Positions 21,281 to 31,559 are shown, counted from the first letter of the stretch. The stretch: 64,000 bases of DNA from Hydrurus foetidus (GCA_900617105.1 UYFQ01000001.1:2914001-2978000); one strand, 5' to 3'. Numbers and translations: made by a program. The notes: generated by a model not told the origin, from the sequence alone.

Positions 21281-22456
21281 ATGACAGCTGAACCTGTCGT
21301 CGGCGTCCAGCCATCTGTGATCCGATGGGCGCGCGAATCCATGGGCATGTCGGTGGAAGATGTTGCCCATAAGCTTAAAAAATCCTCTGAAGAAGTGCTG
21401 GCATGGGAGTCAGAAGGAGGTGCCTCGCCTACCTACTCGCAGCTTGAGAATCTTGCTTATAAAGTGTTCAAGCGGCCACTGGCTGTGTTTTTCCTACCAG
21501 CCCCGCCGGATGAAATTCCACCGGCGCGGGAATTTAGAACACTGCCCGATACCGACCTTCAAACATTGCACGCGGACACCTATCTGCATGTGCGCAAGGC
21601 ACACGCTTATCAACTCACATTGAAAGAAATATTTGACAATAGCAACCCCACTGGGAAACAAATCCGGGAAGAAGCGCAGCTGGATATGCGACTTTCCGTT
21701 GAAGCGCAGGCGTTCACTGTAAGAAAGGCACTTGGCATATCGCTGGAGCAACAGCTGACCTGGCGCGCCGACGAGCTGGCACTCAAGCGCTGGCGGGAGG
21801 CGGTGGAGGTGCACGGTATTTTTGTATTTAAAGCGCCTTTCAAGCAAAAGGATATATCGGGCTTTTGTTTACTCGACACAAACTTTCCCCTGATTTATTT
21901 AAACAACAGCACCACCAAGACACGACAAATCTTCAGCCTGCTCCATGAGCTGGCTCACCTGCTGCTTAACATTAGCGGTATCAGCAAATTTGAAGCTTCT
22001 TACGTCAGCAGGCTGCCAGCGGCTGAACGCAGAATTGAGCAGTTTTGCAACAAGATTGCTGCTGAAATTTTGATCCCCTCTGCTGATTTTGTTCAGCAAA
22101 TTGCAGCATTCCCGGAAAATGTAGAGTCAGCACAAGACCATTTATTTGCCAATCTCGCCGGTAGATACGGCGTTAGCCGAGAGGCGGTTTTGCGGCGTTT
22201 TCTGGACATGGAGCGTGTAAGCCAGGCGTTTTATGAGCAGAAGGCAAAATTTTGGGCTAGCCAGAAAAAAGCAGTAGCTGGCGGCGATTGGTATGCCTCT
22301 CAAAATACCTATCTGAGTGAACGGTTCGCCCGCGAGGTGATTGGGCGCCACTACCGAAATCAAATCAGCGTAGAGCAGGCATCCGAATTTCTTGGGATAA
22401 AGGCTAAGAATTTTTCTGGTCTTGAGCAGCGCATCCTTCAGGGAGCTGCTGCATGA
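21281..22456 (+). CDS. XRE-HTH + ImmA/IrrE (M78) metallopeptidase
   Basis: N-terminal HTH (IRWARESMGMS...WE), FSLLHELAH (HExxH), EQFCNKIAAEILIP. Confidence 0.88.
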   Translation: MTAEPVVGVQPSVIRWARESMGMSVEDVAHKLKKSSEEVLAWESEGGASPTYSQLENLAYKVFKRPLAVFFLPAPPDEIPPAREFRTLPDTDLQTLHADTYLHVRKAHAYQLTLKEIFDNSNPTGKQIREEAQLDMRLSVEAQAFTVRKALGISLEQQLTWRADELALKRWREAVEVHGIFVFKAPFKQKDISGFCLLDTNFPLIYLNNSTTKTRQIFSLLHELAHLLLNISGISKFEASYVSRLPAAERRIEQFCNKIAAEILIPSADFVQQIAAFPENVESAQDHLFANLAGRYGVSREAVLRRFLDMERVSQAFYEQKAKFWASQKKAVAGGDWYASQNTYLSERFAREVIGRHYRNQISVEQASEFLGIKAKNFSGLEQRILQGAAA

Positions 22457-22929
22457 TTTATGTGTTTGACACCAGTTCCTTAAGCAAGCTCAAGCATTTC
22501 TTCCCCGGTATTTTCAAATCAGTATGGATGGGTCTGGATTCATTGGTTAAATCAGGCGAACTAATTTCCACACGCGAAGTCTGGAATGAAATTGAGCGTG
22601 GCGATGTTGACGCCCACACCAATCAATGGCTTAAAGACCGCAAACATATTTTCACAACCCCCACAGCCGATGAGTTGCGCTTTGTTGCCCAAATATTTCA
22701 GACGCAACACTTTCAGGCTTTGATTGGTGAAAAGCAGCGCCTGACAGGAACCCCCGTAGCCGACCCGTTCATCATTGCGTGCGCCAAGATACGCAACGCT
22801 ACAGTGGTTACTGAAGAGCGGCTTAAGCCCAATGCAGCAAAAATCCCCAACGTCTGTCAGCATCACAGTGTCAATGTGCCATGCATTGATCTTGAAAAAT
22901 TTATGCAAATACAAGGGTGGAGTTTTTAA
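22453..22929 (+). CDS. PIN-domain protein (DUF4411-like)
   Basis: YVFDTSS, EVWNEI, ADPFIIACA, VVTEE, KIPNVC; 4-bp overlap with the IrrE gene. Confidence 0.85.
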   Translation: MIYVFDTSSLSKLKHFFPGIFKSVWMGLDSLVKSGELISTREVWNEIERGDVDAHTNQWLKDRKHIFTTPTADELRFVAQIFQTQHFQALIGEKQRLTGTPVADPFIIACAKIRNATVVTEERLKPNAAKIPNVCQHHSVNVPCIDLEKFMQIQGWSF

Positions 22930-24599
22930 TGGCGGGCAACCAGAAACTAGAGCTCACCTGGATAGGCAAAGACCAGCGGCCACGGCTGGAGCCGCGCATT
23001 TTGCTGGAAGACCCCAAGCGCAGTTACCACGCCAAGCAGCGGGTGACGGATGGCGATCTGTTTGACAACCGGCTTATCAAGGGCGATAACTTGTTGGCGC
23101 TCAAAGCGCTGGAGGCGGAGTTTGCGGGCAAGGTGAAGTGTGTGTTTATTGACCCGCCTTACAACACGGGCAGTGCATTCACGCACTATGACGATGGGCT
23201 GGAGCATTCGATCTGGCTTGGGTTGATGCGGGATCGGTTGGAGATTATTCGGCGTTTGCTCGGTGCAGACTCTTCCATTTGGATAAGCATTGATGACAAC
23301 GAATATCCCTACCTGAGAGTTGTGTGCGACGAAATATTCGGCAGATCGAATTTTGTGTGCACCGTTATCTGGGAGAAAAGAAAGAGCAGAGAGAATAGAA
23401 GAGCGTTTTCTTTCAAGCACGACTATGTGATCGTGTACGCCAAGGAGAAAATGCTATTCGAGCGCAGCAGAAATCCAGTGCAGATGACTCAGGATGTAAT
23501 CGATAGATATAAGAACCCCGATGACGATTCTCGTGGCCTATGGCAATCAGTTGCGATAACTGCTCAGGCTGGCCATGCGACGGCCTCCCAGTTTTATTCA
23601 ATTACTACTCCCAGTGGGCGAGTGATCGAACCACCAGCGGGAAACTGCTGGCGCTTTAATGAAGGACGATTACAAGAGCTAATCAAGGATGGGCGGATTT
23701 ACTTTGGTGCCGCTGGCGGTAATGTTCCTAGGCAGAAAAAATTTCTCAGTGAAAGCGAGGATGCAGGGTTAACACCGGAGACGATCTGGTACGCAGATGA
23801 CGTTGGAACTAATGACACTGCAAAAAGGCATTCCAATGCCATTTTTGATGGGAACGGTTTTGACAGTCCAAAGCCAGAAGAATTAATAAGACGTGTCCTT
23901 GAGATTGCTACCAATTCCAGCGACCTAGTATTGGACTCCTTCGCCGGCTCAGGCACCACAGGCGCAGTCGCCCACAAAATGGGCCGCCGATGGATCATGG
24001 TGGAGCTGGGCGAGCATTGCCACACGCACATCGTGCCGCGCCTCCAAAAAGTTATTGATGGGCAAGACCCTGGTGGCGTGACGCAGGCCACGGGCTGGCA
24101 GGGCGGCGGTGGTTTTCGGTATTACGAACTCGCGCCCACGCTGCTGGCAACTGACCGCTGGGGCAATCTGGTTATTAACCCCGAATACGACGCGGCCATG
24201 TTGGCTGCCGCCATGTGCAAGCTTGAAGGCTTTAGCTACGCGCCGTCTGAAGTGCTGTGGTGGCAGCAGGGCCACAGTAGCGAGCGTGACTTTATCTACG
24301 TGACCACGCAAACATTGAGCAGCGAGCAGCTGGCATCGCTTAACGACGAGGTGGGCGCAGACCCGAACAACCCCCGCAGCCTGCTGGTTTGCTGCGGTGC
24401 ATACCGGGGCGTTACCGCTGCGCAGGCCGCCGAGCGTTGGCCCAACCTGACCATTAAAAAAATCCCCAAGATGGTGAAAGACCGTTGCGAGTGGGGTCAT
24501 GACGACTACAGCCTGCACGTGGCCAACTTGCCGATGGCGCAAAAAAAGGCTGAAATACTTCCGCCGCAGGATGACTTGTTTGGCGGCGGTGCAACATGA
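22929..24599 (+). CDS. Type III-like site-specific DNA methyltransferase (Mod)
   Basis: KLELTWIGK, GDNL, IDPPYNTG, PKPE, LDSFAGSGTT. Confidence 0.93.
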   Translation: MAGNQKLELTWIGKDQRPRLEPRILLEDPKRSYHAKQRVTDGDLFDNRLIKGDNLLALKALEAEFAGKVKCVFIDPPYNTGSAFTHYDDGLEHSIWLGLMRDRLEIIRRLLGADSSIWISIDDNEYPYLRVVCDEIFGRSNFVCTVIWEKRKSRENRRAFSFKHDYVIVYAKEKMLFERSRNPVQMTQDVIDRYKNPDDDSRGLWQSVAITAQAGHATASQFYSITTPSGRVIEPPAGNCWRFNEGRLQELIKDGRIYFGAAGGNVPRQKKFLSESEDAGLTPETIWYADDVGTNDTAKRHSNAIFDGNGFDSPKPEELIRRVLEIATNSSDLVLDSFAGSGTTGAVAHKMGRRWIMVELGEHCHTHIVPRLQKVIDGQDPGGVTQATGWQGGGGFRYYELAPTLLATDRWGNLVINPEYDAAMLAAAMCKLEGFSYAPSEVLWWQQGHSSERDFIYVTTQTLSSEQLASLNDEVGADPNNPRSLLVCCGAYRGVTAAQAAERWPNLTIKKIPKMVKDRCEWGHDDYSLHVANLPMAQKKAEILPPQDDLFGGGAT

Positions 24600-25867
24600 G
24601 TGCCGCACCAGCAAAAAAAAGTACGTTGAAGACAGTAGCGACCAAAGCCGCTGCACCAGCCCTGTTGGAACGGGTGGCAGGCATTGTGCAAACGGCGCGC
24701 ACTCAGGCGGCTCGCAGCGTCAACACCACGCAGGTGGTGGCCAACTGGTTGATTGGCCGTGAGATTGTGCAAGACGAACAAGCCGGACGCCGTAGGGCGG
24801 GCTATGGTGCTGCATTGCTCAAAGAGCTGGCTGTGCGCTTGAAAGCTGACTTTGGCTCCGGGTACGGGGTTGACAACCTGGAGTTGTTTCGCCGCTTCTA
24901 TCTGGGCTATCCATCCCTGTTACCAGTCGAAAAACTTGGGGCGGCGGAGATTTCCGACGCACCGCGTCGGAAATTGGGCGATGCCGTCAACACCTTGCCA
25001 ATTCGTCAAGCAGCGCGTGACGAATCCTGGCAACCCGGGCAGCTCAGTGCGGGCTTGTCCTGGACGCATTACCGATTGTTGGTGCGCGTAGACAAAGCCC
25101 TTGCGCGGGCTTTTTATGAGATAGAAGCCATTACCAACAGTTGGTCTGCACGCGAGCTGGAGCGCCAGATCAGCAGCTTGCTGTATGAACGTCTGGCTTT
25201 AAGCAAAGACAAAAAGGGCTTGATGCGACTGGCAACACGCGGCCATGAGATCCAGCAGCCTGTAGATGTGTTCAAAGACCCAATGGTGATTGAATTTTTA
25301 GGATTGCCCGAATCTCCCAAGTTGGTGGAGTCACAACTTGAGCAGGCGCTGATAGACAACTTGCAGCATTTCTTGCTGGAGCTTGGCAAGGGCTTTGCTT
25401 TTGTGTCACGCCAGGAGCGCATCACGCTGGACGGTGACCACTTTTATATCGATCTGGTTTTTTATCACACCGTGTTGAAGTGCTATGTGCTGATTGATTT
25501 AAAGACGACCAAGCTGACGCATCAGGACTTGGGGCAGGTGCAGCTCTATGTCAATTACTACGACATGGAGCGCCAAACGCCAGGTGACAACCCAACGCTG
25601 GGGTTGATTCTTTGTGCCAACAAGAACGACGCGGTCGTGAAATACACACTGGGCCCTGATCAGGCACAAAAAATATTTGCCAGCCGCTACAAGCTGCATT
25701 TGCCTACTGAAGATCAATTGCAAGCCGAGCTGGAACGCGAAGTACGTTACCTGAGCCCGCCCGCACTGCCTTTAAAGCCCACAGCCAGCAAAGCTGCCGT
25801 TAAAAAGAGCGCATCCAAAACCAGGTTGGCGTCCAAGAGCAGTAAAAACAAAAAGGGAGCAGCATGA
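24596..25867 (+). CDS. YhcG/DUF1016 PD-(D/E)XK nuclease domain protein
   Basis: NWLIGREIV, LSWTHY, WSARELERQI, FLLELGKGFAFV, YIDLVFY, LIDLK. Confidence 0.92.
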   Translation: MSAAPAKKSTLKTVATKAAAPALLERVAGIVQTARTQAARSVNTTQVVANWLIGREIVQDEQAGRRRAGYGAALLKELAVRLKADFGSGYGVDNLELFRRFYLGYPSLLPVEKLGAAEISDAPRRKLGDAVNTLPIRQAARDESWQPGQLSAGLSWTHYRLLVRVDKALARAFYEIEAITNSWSARELERQISSLLYERLALSKDKKGLMRLATRGHEIQQPVDVFKDPMVIEFLGLPESPKLVESQLEQALIDNLQHFLLELGKGFAFVSRQERITLDGDHFYIDLVFYHTVLKCYVLIDLKTTKLTHQDLGQVQLYVNYYDMERQTPGDNPTLGLILCANKNDAVVKYTLGPDQAQKIFASRYKLHLPTEDQLQAELEREVRYLSPPALPLKPTASKAAVKKSASKTRLASKSSKNKKGAA

Positions 25868-28620
25868 GCCAGCGCGAAGTCAACGCCATCGCCGGCCGCC
25901 TGAGCCTGCGTCCGCCGCAAACCGAGTCACTGGCCAAGCTGGCAAGTGCCATTGATGCATCCGCCGCCATGCTGCGGCCTGACCGCGATGCTGCGGACGT
26001 GGCGGCGATATTACAGACACTTAAAAGCCAGTTCAAAACGCTGCAGGACTTTGAGCGTGACTTCCCGTCCATGTGCTTTGCGCTGGCTACCGGCGTAGGC
26101 AAAACACGGCTGATGGGGGCTTTCATCAGCTACCTGTATCAGGCGCATGGCATCAAGCACTTTTTTGTGCTGGCCCCCAACCTGACGATTTACGACAAAC
26201 TGATTGGCGACTTTACGCCCAACACGCCAAAGTATGTGTTTAAGGGTGTGGCTGAGTTTGCGTCTTACCCGCCAGAAATCATCACGGGTGACAACTACGA
26301 AGAGCGAGCCCAGGCGCTGGGCGATTTGCTGTCGCCTGTGACCATAAATATCTTCAACATCGCCAAAATCACGTCAGAGGTGCGGGGCGGCAAAGCGCCG
26401 CGCATCAAGCGACTGAGTGAATACATTGGTCAAAGCTATTTTGATTATTTGGCTGGCCTGCCAGACCTGGTGCTGCTGATGGACGAGTCGCACCGCTACC
26501 GCGCCAGTGCCGGGGTGCGCGCCATCAATGAGCTGAAGCCTTTGATGGGCCTGGAGCTGACAGCCACGCCTTTTGTTGAAACCACCAAAGGCCCTGTGCC
26601 TTTTAAAAACGTGGTGATGGACTACCCGCTGGCACGTGCCATGGAAGACGGCTTTGTCAAAGAGCCCGCCGTGGTCACACAGCGCAACTTTGATGCGAAA
26701 AGCATGCCCGCTGAAGAAGTGGAACGCGTCAAGCTGCAAGACGGTGTACGCATGCACGAAGCCACAAAGGTTGAACTGAAGACCTATGCGCGCAACAACG
26801 GTGTGAAGGAAGTCAAACCCTTCATGCTGGTGATTGCCCGTGACACGACGCATGCTGGCGCGTTGCTGGCCTGGCTGCAGTCAGACAGCTTTTTTGGTGC
26901 GCGTTACCGTAACAAAGTTATTCAGGTAGATAGCAGCAAGACGGGTGCCGAAGAAGAAGAAATGATTCGCCGTCTGCTGGCTGTAGAGAGTGTTGACGAA
27001 CCGACTGAAATTGTCATTCACGTCAATATGCTCAAAGAGGGCTGGGACGTGACCAACCTGTACACCATCGTGCCGCTGCGTGCAGCCAACGCCCGCACGC
27101 TGGTAGAGCAGTCTATTGGCCGTGGCCTGCGTTTGCCCTATGGCAAGCGCACAGGTGTAGCGGCAGTAGACAGGCTCAACATCATTGCGCATGACCGCTT
27201 TCAGGACATCATTGACGACGCCAACCGGGCTGATTCACCCATCAAGCTCAAAACCTTGATCTATCTTGATGCGCTGGGCTCGGCTGATGAAGAGCGCCAG
27301 CGAAATGTGACTTCGCAACCAAATATCGCCAATGTGCTTGGGTTGAATCAGGATGACGGTGATTTAACGAAAGATTTATCGCCCGGCGGGGCTACAAATG
27401 GCAGCCCAGCCGCCGCGCCGTTTTTTGCAACTGTGCAAGAAAGGCAAGCGGCGCACATGGTCATGCAGGTTTTGGCTGAGTACGAAGTCAAGCCGCTTGA
27501 CGCACCTACCCGGCAAGCCCTGTTAACACCTGAACTGCAAGCCGCGATTGCCGAAAGAGTGAAAGAAAGATTACCCCCGGTACAACCCAGCTTGCTGACC
27601 GATGCAGATGCACCACCTGAGTTGAACCTGGCTGAAGTGGTGCGGCGGGCAACCGAAGTGGTGGTGCAGCAAACCATAGACATACCGCGTATTGCGGTGG
27701 TGCCCAAAGGCGAAGTTACAAGTGGATTCAAGCCTTTCACGCTTGAAGTGTCTGGCTTGCATTTGCAGCCGAAAGACCGTTCGCTTGTTGGCCAGACCTT
27801 GCGGACGCATGAACAATTCACTTTTCATGCGCAAGCCGGCGTAGCTGAAAGGCGGCTCGAAGACTACATCGTTCACGCGCTGATTGACTTTGACGATATT
27901 GACTACAACACCCATAGCGCACTGCTCTATGACCTGGCCGGGCAAATGGTTGCGCATTTGAAAAGTTACCTGATTGACGATAACGAAGTACGTAATGTGC
28001 TCGACCTTGACAGGCAACTGATTGCCAAAAATATTCACTCACAAATGATGGCTCACTCTTATGAGTCTGCAACGCAATATGTGGTGGAGGTCAGTCGGGG
28101 GTTTACAGCGCTGAAAGAGTCCACCTATACCGTTGGTGCCAACCAGCAGGTACGCGACTATCGCAACACAGTCGATGAACCCAGTCGCATCAAACAAATG
28201 GTGTTCGGCAAGTTTGCCAAATGCTTGTACCAGCTACAAAAGTTTGATTCAGACACTGAGCGCCGCTTTGCAGTGATTCTGGAACGCGATGCTGACAAGT
28301 GGTTCAAACCCGCCAAGGGTCAGTTCCAGATTTTTTACAAACTGGGCGTTGAACACCCCGAATACGTACCTGACTTTGTTGTCGACACCGCGCACTATTT
28401 GCTGATTTGCGAGACCAAGGCGCGCAACGACATGGGTAATGAAGAGGTGAAGGCCAAAGCGGATGCTGGCGCGGTGTGGTGCCAGCACGCCACGGCGCAC
28501 TCTCTAAAAATTGGCACCAAACCATGGAAATACTTGCTGATACCCCATGACCAGCTAGCCGAGGACAAGCGTTTGGCAGATTATTTGTCGTTTGCAGTTA
28601 CCGCGCCAGCTGCAGGCTAG
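25864..28620 (+). CDS. Type III-like restriction subunit (Res): SF2 helicase + PD-(D/E)XK nuclease
   Basis: ATGVGKT, DESH, TATP, LKEGWDV, QSIGRGLR, YVPDFVV...ICETK. Confidence 0.9.
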   Translation: MSQREVNAIAGRLSLRPPQTESLAKLASAIDASAAMLRPDRDAADVAAILQTLKSQFKTLQDFERDFPSMCFALATGVGKTRLMGAFISYLYQAHGIKHFFVLAPNLTIYDKLIGDFTPNTPKYVFKGVAEFASYPPEIITGDNYEERAQALGDLLSPVTINIFNIAKITSEVRGGKAPRIKRLSEYIGQSYFDYLAGLPDLVLLMDESHRYRASAGVRAINELKPLMGLELTATPFVETTKGPVPFKNVVMDYPLARAMEDGFVKEPAVVTQRNFDAKSMPAEEVERVKLQDGVRMHEATKVELKTYARNNGVKEVKPFMLVIARDTTHAGALLAWLQSDSFFGARYRNKVIQVDSSKTGAEEEEMIRRLLAVESVDEPTEIVIHVNMLKEGWDVTNLYTIVPLRAANARTLVEQSIGRGLRLPYGKRTGVAAVDRLNIIAHDRFQDIIDDANRADSPIKLKTLIYLDALGSADEERQRNVTSQPNIANVLGLNQDDGDLTKDLSPGGATNGSPAAAPFFATVQERQAAHMVMQVLAEYEVKPLDAPTRQALLTPELQAAIAERVKERLPPVQPSLLTDADAPPELNLAEVVRRATEVVVQQTIDIPRIAVVPKGEVTSGFKPFTLEVSGLHLQPKDRSLVGQTLRTHEQFTFHAQAGVAERRLEDYIVHALIDFDDIDYNTHSALLYDLAGQMVAHLKSYLIDDNEVRNVLDLDRQLIAKNIHSQMMAHSYESATQYVVEVSRGFTALKESTYTVGANQQVRDYRNTVDEPSRIKQMVFGKFAKCLYQLQKFDSDTERRFAVILERDADKWFKPAKGQFQIFYKLGVEHPEYVPDFVVDTAHYLLICETKARNDMGNEEVKAKADAGAVWCQHATAHSLKIGTKPWKYLLIPHDQLAEDKRLADYLSFAVTAPAAG

Positions 28621-28649
28621 TTCTACTTGACAATATCCGATCTGACCTG

Positions 28650-29048
28650 ATGACCATGAAAAACCTCAACTCCAAAGAAGCCGCCGCCTGGCTGCAAAAC
28701 CACCCTGACGCGCTGTTTGTCGACGTGCGAATGGAAATTGAGTCGCTGTACGTGGGTCGCCCGCCCGGCGTGGTGAATGTGCCGTGGTACGAATACCCTG
28801 ACCTGCAGCCCGACGCCGTAGCGTTTGCAGATGCCGTTGCGCGCGAGGCGACTGGCAAAGACCAGCCCATGCTGCTTATTTGTCGTTCGGGTCAGCGCAC
28901 GGTGGCAGCAGGCAAGGCACTAGAGGCCGCCGGGTTTACCGATGTGCAGCATGTGGTGCATGGCTTTGAGGGGGACCTGGATGCGCATTTCAAGCGGTCG
29001 ACTGTGTCGGGTTGGCGCTTTGATGGATTGCCGTGGGAGCAAATGTAG
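28650..29048 (+). CDS. Rhodanese-like domain protein
   Basis: FVDVR, LICRSGQRT, GFEG, GW...LPW. Confidence 0.9.
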   Translation: MTMKNLNSKEAAAWLQNHPDALFVDVRMEIESLYVGRPPGVVNVPWYEYPDLQPDAVAFADAVAREATGKDQPMLLICRSGQRTVAAGKALEAAGFTDVQHVVHGFEGDLDAHFKRSTVSGWRFDGLPWEQM

Positions 29049-29182
29049 GTTTTTGCCAAACATGGCAAAAAAGCCTGAAAATGGTGCTTTTTAGGCATCA
29101 AATGCGCCCATAGCTCAATAAATACGGGCGCGAGCAGCTCCTATAACAATAGCAAATACTGATTGCCATTTTGACTGAACTG

Positions 29183-31162
29183 ATGCAGCACACGTCCCCG
29201 TTGAGCATATTGAACGACGTCTTCGGCTACCCGGATTTCCGGGGTCCGCAAGCGGCCATCGTTGACCATGTGGTGAACGGCGGCGATGCCCTGGTACTGA
29301 TGCCTACGGGCGGCGGCAAGTCGCTGTGCTACCAAATACCGGCGATTGCACGGCAAAACGCGGGCCACGGCGTGACCATCGTCATTTCGCCACTGATTGC
29401 GCTAATGCACGACCAGGTCGGGGCGCTGCATGAAGCGGGCGTGTCCGCTGCCTTTTTGAATTCAACGCAAAGCTATGAAGAAAGTGCCGCGCTTGAAGGG
29501 CAATTGCAACGCGCCGAGCTGACCCTGCTGTACGCCGCGCCAGAGCGCATCAACACACCACGCATGAAGGAGCTGCTGCGCGGATTGAACGCACGGGGCA
29601 AACTGAGCATGTTCGCGATTGACGAGGCGCATTGCGTCAGCCAGTGGGGCCACGACTTCAGGCCCGAGTACCGATCTTTAAGCCTGCTGCACGAAATGTT
29701 TCCCGATGTGCCGCGCATGGCGCTGACGGCGACTGCCGACGCGCTGACCCGGCAAGACATGGTTGAGCGGCTAAAGCTCGAAGACGCGGCGCATTTTGTG
29801 TCGAGCTTTGACCGCCCGAACATCCGTTACACGATTGTTGAAAAGCTCGACGCCACACGCCAGCTACTGCGTTTTATACAAACCGAGCATGCAGGCGAAG
29901 CGGGCATTGTGTATTGCCAGTCGCGCAAGCGGGTAGAAGAAATTGCCGACATGCTGCAAGGCGCGGGCATCAACGCCATGGCCTACCACGCCGGGCTTGA
30001 CTCGGCATTGCGCCAGCAACGTCAAGACAAGTTTTTACGCGATGACGCTTGTGTGATGGTGGCCACCATTGCATTTGGCATGGGCATTGACAAGCCCGAC
30101 GTGCGCTTTGTGGCGCACCTCGACATGCCAAAAAACATTGAAGGCTACTACCAGGAGACAGGAAGGGGCGGCCGTGATGGCTTGCCCGCCAACGCGTGGA
30201 TGACCTACGGCCTGGCCGACGTGGTGAACCAGCGCCGCATGATTGACACCAGCGAGGCGGCTAGTGAAGAGTTCAAGGTCGTGATGCGCGGCAAGCTGGA
30301 CGCGCTGCTCAGTTTGGCTGAGGACACCCGCTGCCGCCGCGCCGCATTGTTGGCTTACTTCGGGGAAGAACTGGGTAGCGGTGAGGGTATTTCCAAGCAG
30401 GGGCCGCGGGACTGGCTTTGCCAGACCGCAGGCGCAGCGGCCCCCTCGGGGGGCAGCGTAGTACACGAAGTGACAAGCGTGGGGGCCAGATATTTTTGCG
30501 GCAATTGCGACAACTGCATTTCGCCACCCGCAGTCTGGGATGCGACCGACGCAGCGCGCAAAATGCTGAGCTGTATTTATCGCGTGCAGCAAGCCAGCGG
30601 CATCAGCTTTGGCGCTGGTCATTTGATGGATATTTTGCGCGGCAAGACCACCGAAAAAGTTTTACAACACGGCCACGACAAGCTCTCGACTTTCGGCATT
30701 GGTTCTGACCTCGCCGAAACCCAATGGCGTGCGGTACTGCGCCAACTGATCGCCAAAAACATGGTGTACGTTGACGCCGAAGCCTACAGCACACTGCAAC
30801 TGATGGCCGATGCGCGGCAAGTTTTGAAGGGCGAAACCCAAGTCATGCTGCGGGAACTGACCGGCACTGACAAATCAGCAACCGGCAGCCGCGCCAAAAA
30901 GGTCACCAAAACCTCGGCCAAGGGCATCGCTGAAGCTGCCTTGAACGCAGGTGCACTGGAGCGGCTTGCTCAACTCAAGGCCTGGCGGGCAGAAGTAGCG
31001 CGCGAGCACAACTTGCCCGCTTTTGTGATTTTTCATGACGCGACGCTGCGTGCCATTGCCGAGCGCGACCCCAAAACCGCGCGCGACCTGGAAGGCATTG
31101 CTGGGATCGGTGTCAAAAAGCTGGAAGCGTATGGCGCCGAGGTTCTACGGGCTTGCAAATAG
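29183..31162 (+). CDS. recQ: DNA helicase RecQ
   Basis: MPTGGGKSLCYQ, DEAHCVSQWGHDFRP, Zn/RQC and HRDC domains; in-frame repeat insert in the Zn-binding loop. Confidence 0.96.
   Translation: MQHTSPLSILNDVFGYPDFRGPQAAIVDHVVNGGDALVLMPTGGGKSLCYQIPAIARQNAGHGVTIVISPLIALMHDQVGALHEAGVSAAFLNSTQSYEESAALEGQLQRAELTLLYAAPERINTPRMKELLRGLNARGKLSMFAIDEAHCVSQWGHDFRPEYRSLSLLHEMFPDVPRMALTATADALTRQDMVERLKLEDAAHFVSSFDRPNIRYTIVEKLDATRQLLRFIQTEHAGEAGIVYCQSRKRVEEIADMLQGAGINAMAYHAGLDSALRQQRQDKFLRDDACVMVATIAFGMGIDKPDVRFVAHLDMPKNIEGYYQETGRGGRDGLPANAWMTYGLADVVNQRRMIDTSEAASEEFKVVMRGKLDALLSLAEDTRCRRAALLAYFGEELGSGEGISKQGPRDWLCQTAGAAAPSGGSVVHEVTSVGARYFCGNCDNCISPPAVWDATDAARKMLSCIYRVQQASGISFGAGHLMDILRGKTTEKVLQHGHDKLSTFGIGSDLAETQWRAVLRQLIAKNMVYVDAEAYSTLQLMADARQVLKGETQVMLRELTGTDKSATGSRAKKVTKTSAKGIAEAALNAGALERLAQLKAWRAEVAREHNLPAFVIFHDATLRAIAERDPKTARDLEGIAGIGVKKLEAYGAEVLRACK
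30393..30487. repeat. Palindromic repeat (family B) inserted in-frame in recQ
   Basis: About 50-nt near-exact reverse-complement match to 17097-17154. Confidence 0.85.
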
Positions 31163-31184
31163 TCGCGCTTATCAAATTAGAAGC

Positions 31185-31400
31185 GAGCGGTCTGCCTGAG
31201 TGCTCTGCTACGTGTCCTCCGCCCCTTTGGGGCTCCCCCTTGACCTCCGCAGAACACTCACGCAAACCACTCTTTGGGTTTGCTCGAATACTTGTTAAAA
31301 CTTTCTTTCGAGCAACGGGCATGGCGTGTCTACCGCAGCGAAATCAAGGAGGAGCCCAAAGGGCGGGGGACATTCGCGAAGGCAGACACGGCATGGCCGT
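31185..31400. repeat. Structured inverted-repeat element (MITE/REP-doublet-like)
   Basis: 31213-31250 is a near reverse complement of 31338-31372; each half also forms its own long stem. Confidence 0.7.
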
Positions 31401-31559
31401 TGCGGATTAGGCAGAAGAATGACTTCTCTCTCAAAAATTTAGCAATGTTTAAATGCTATCAATTACCTTTTTAATGCCGAAAAAAGATAATTTAATCGTG
31501 TAGAAAAGCATTTAGTCGGCCAAGGCGTCTTGAATAACTTACAACGAGGCAATTTCCGA

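Noticed and set aside
18222..28650. Defence block as an integrative element, or as BREX/DISARM
   Set aside because: No integrase, transposase, tRNA or flanking direct repeat seen; no PglZ, BrxC, DUF1998 or PLD gene
31153..31474. Short ORFs over the structured element
   Set aside because: Better explained by the inverted-repeat structure; no protein features
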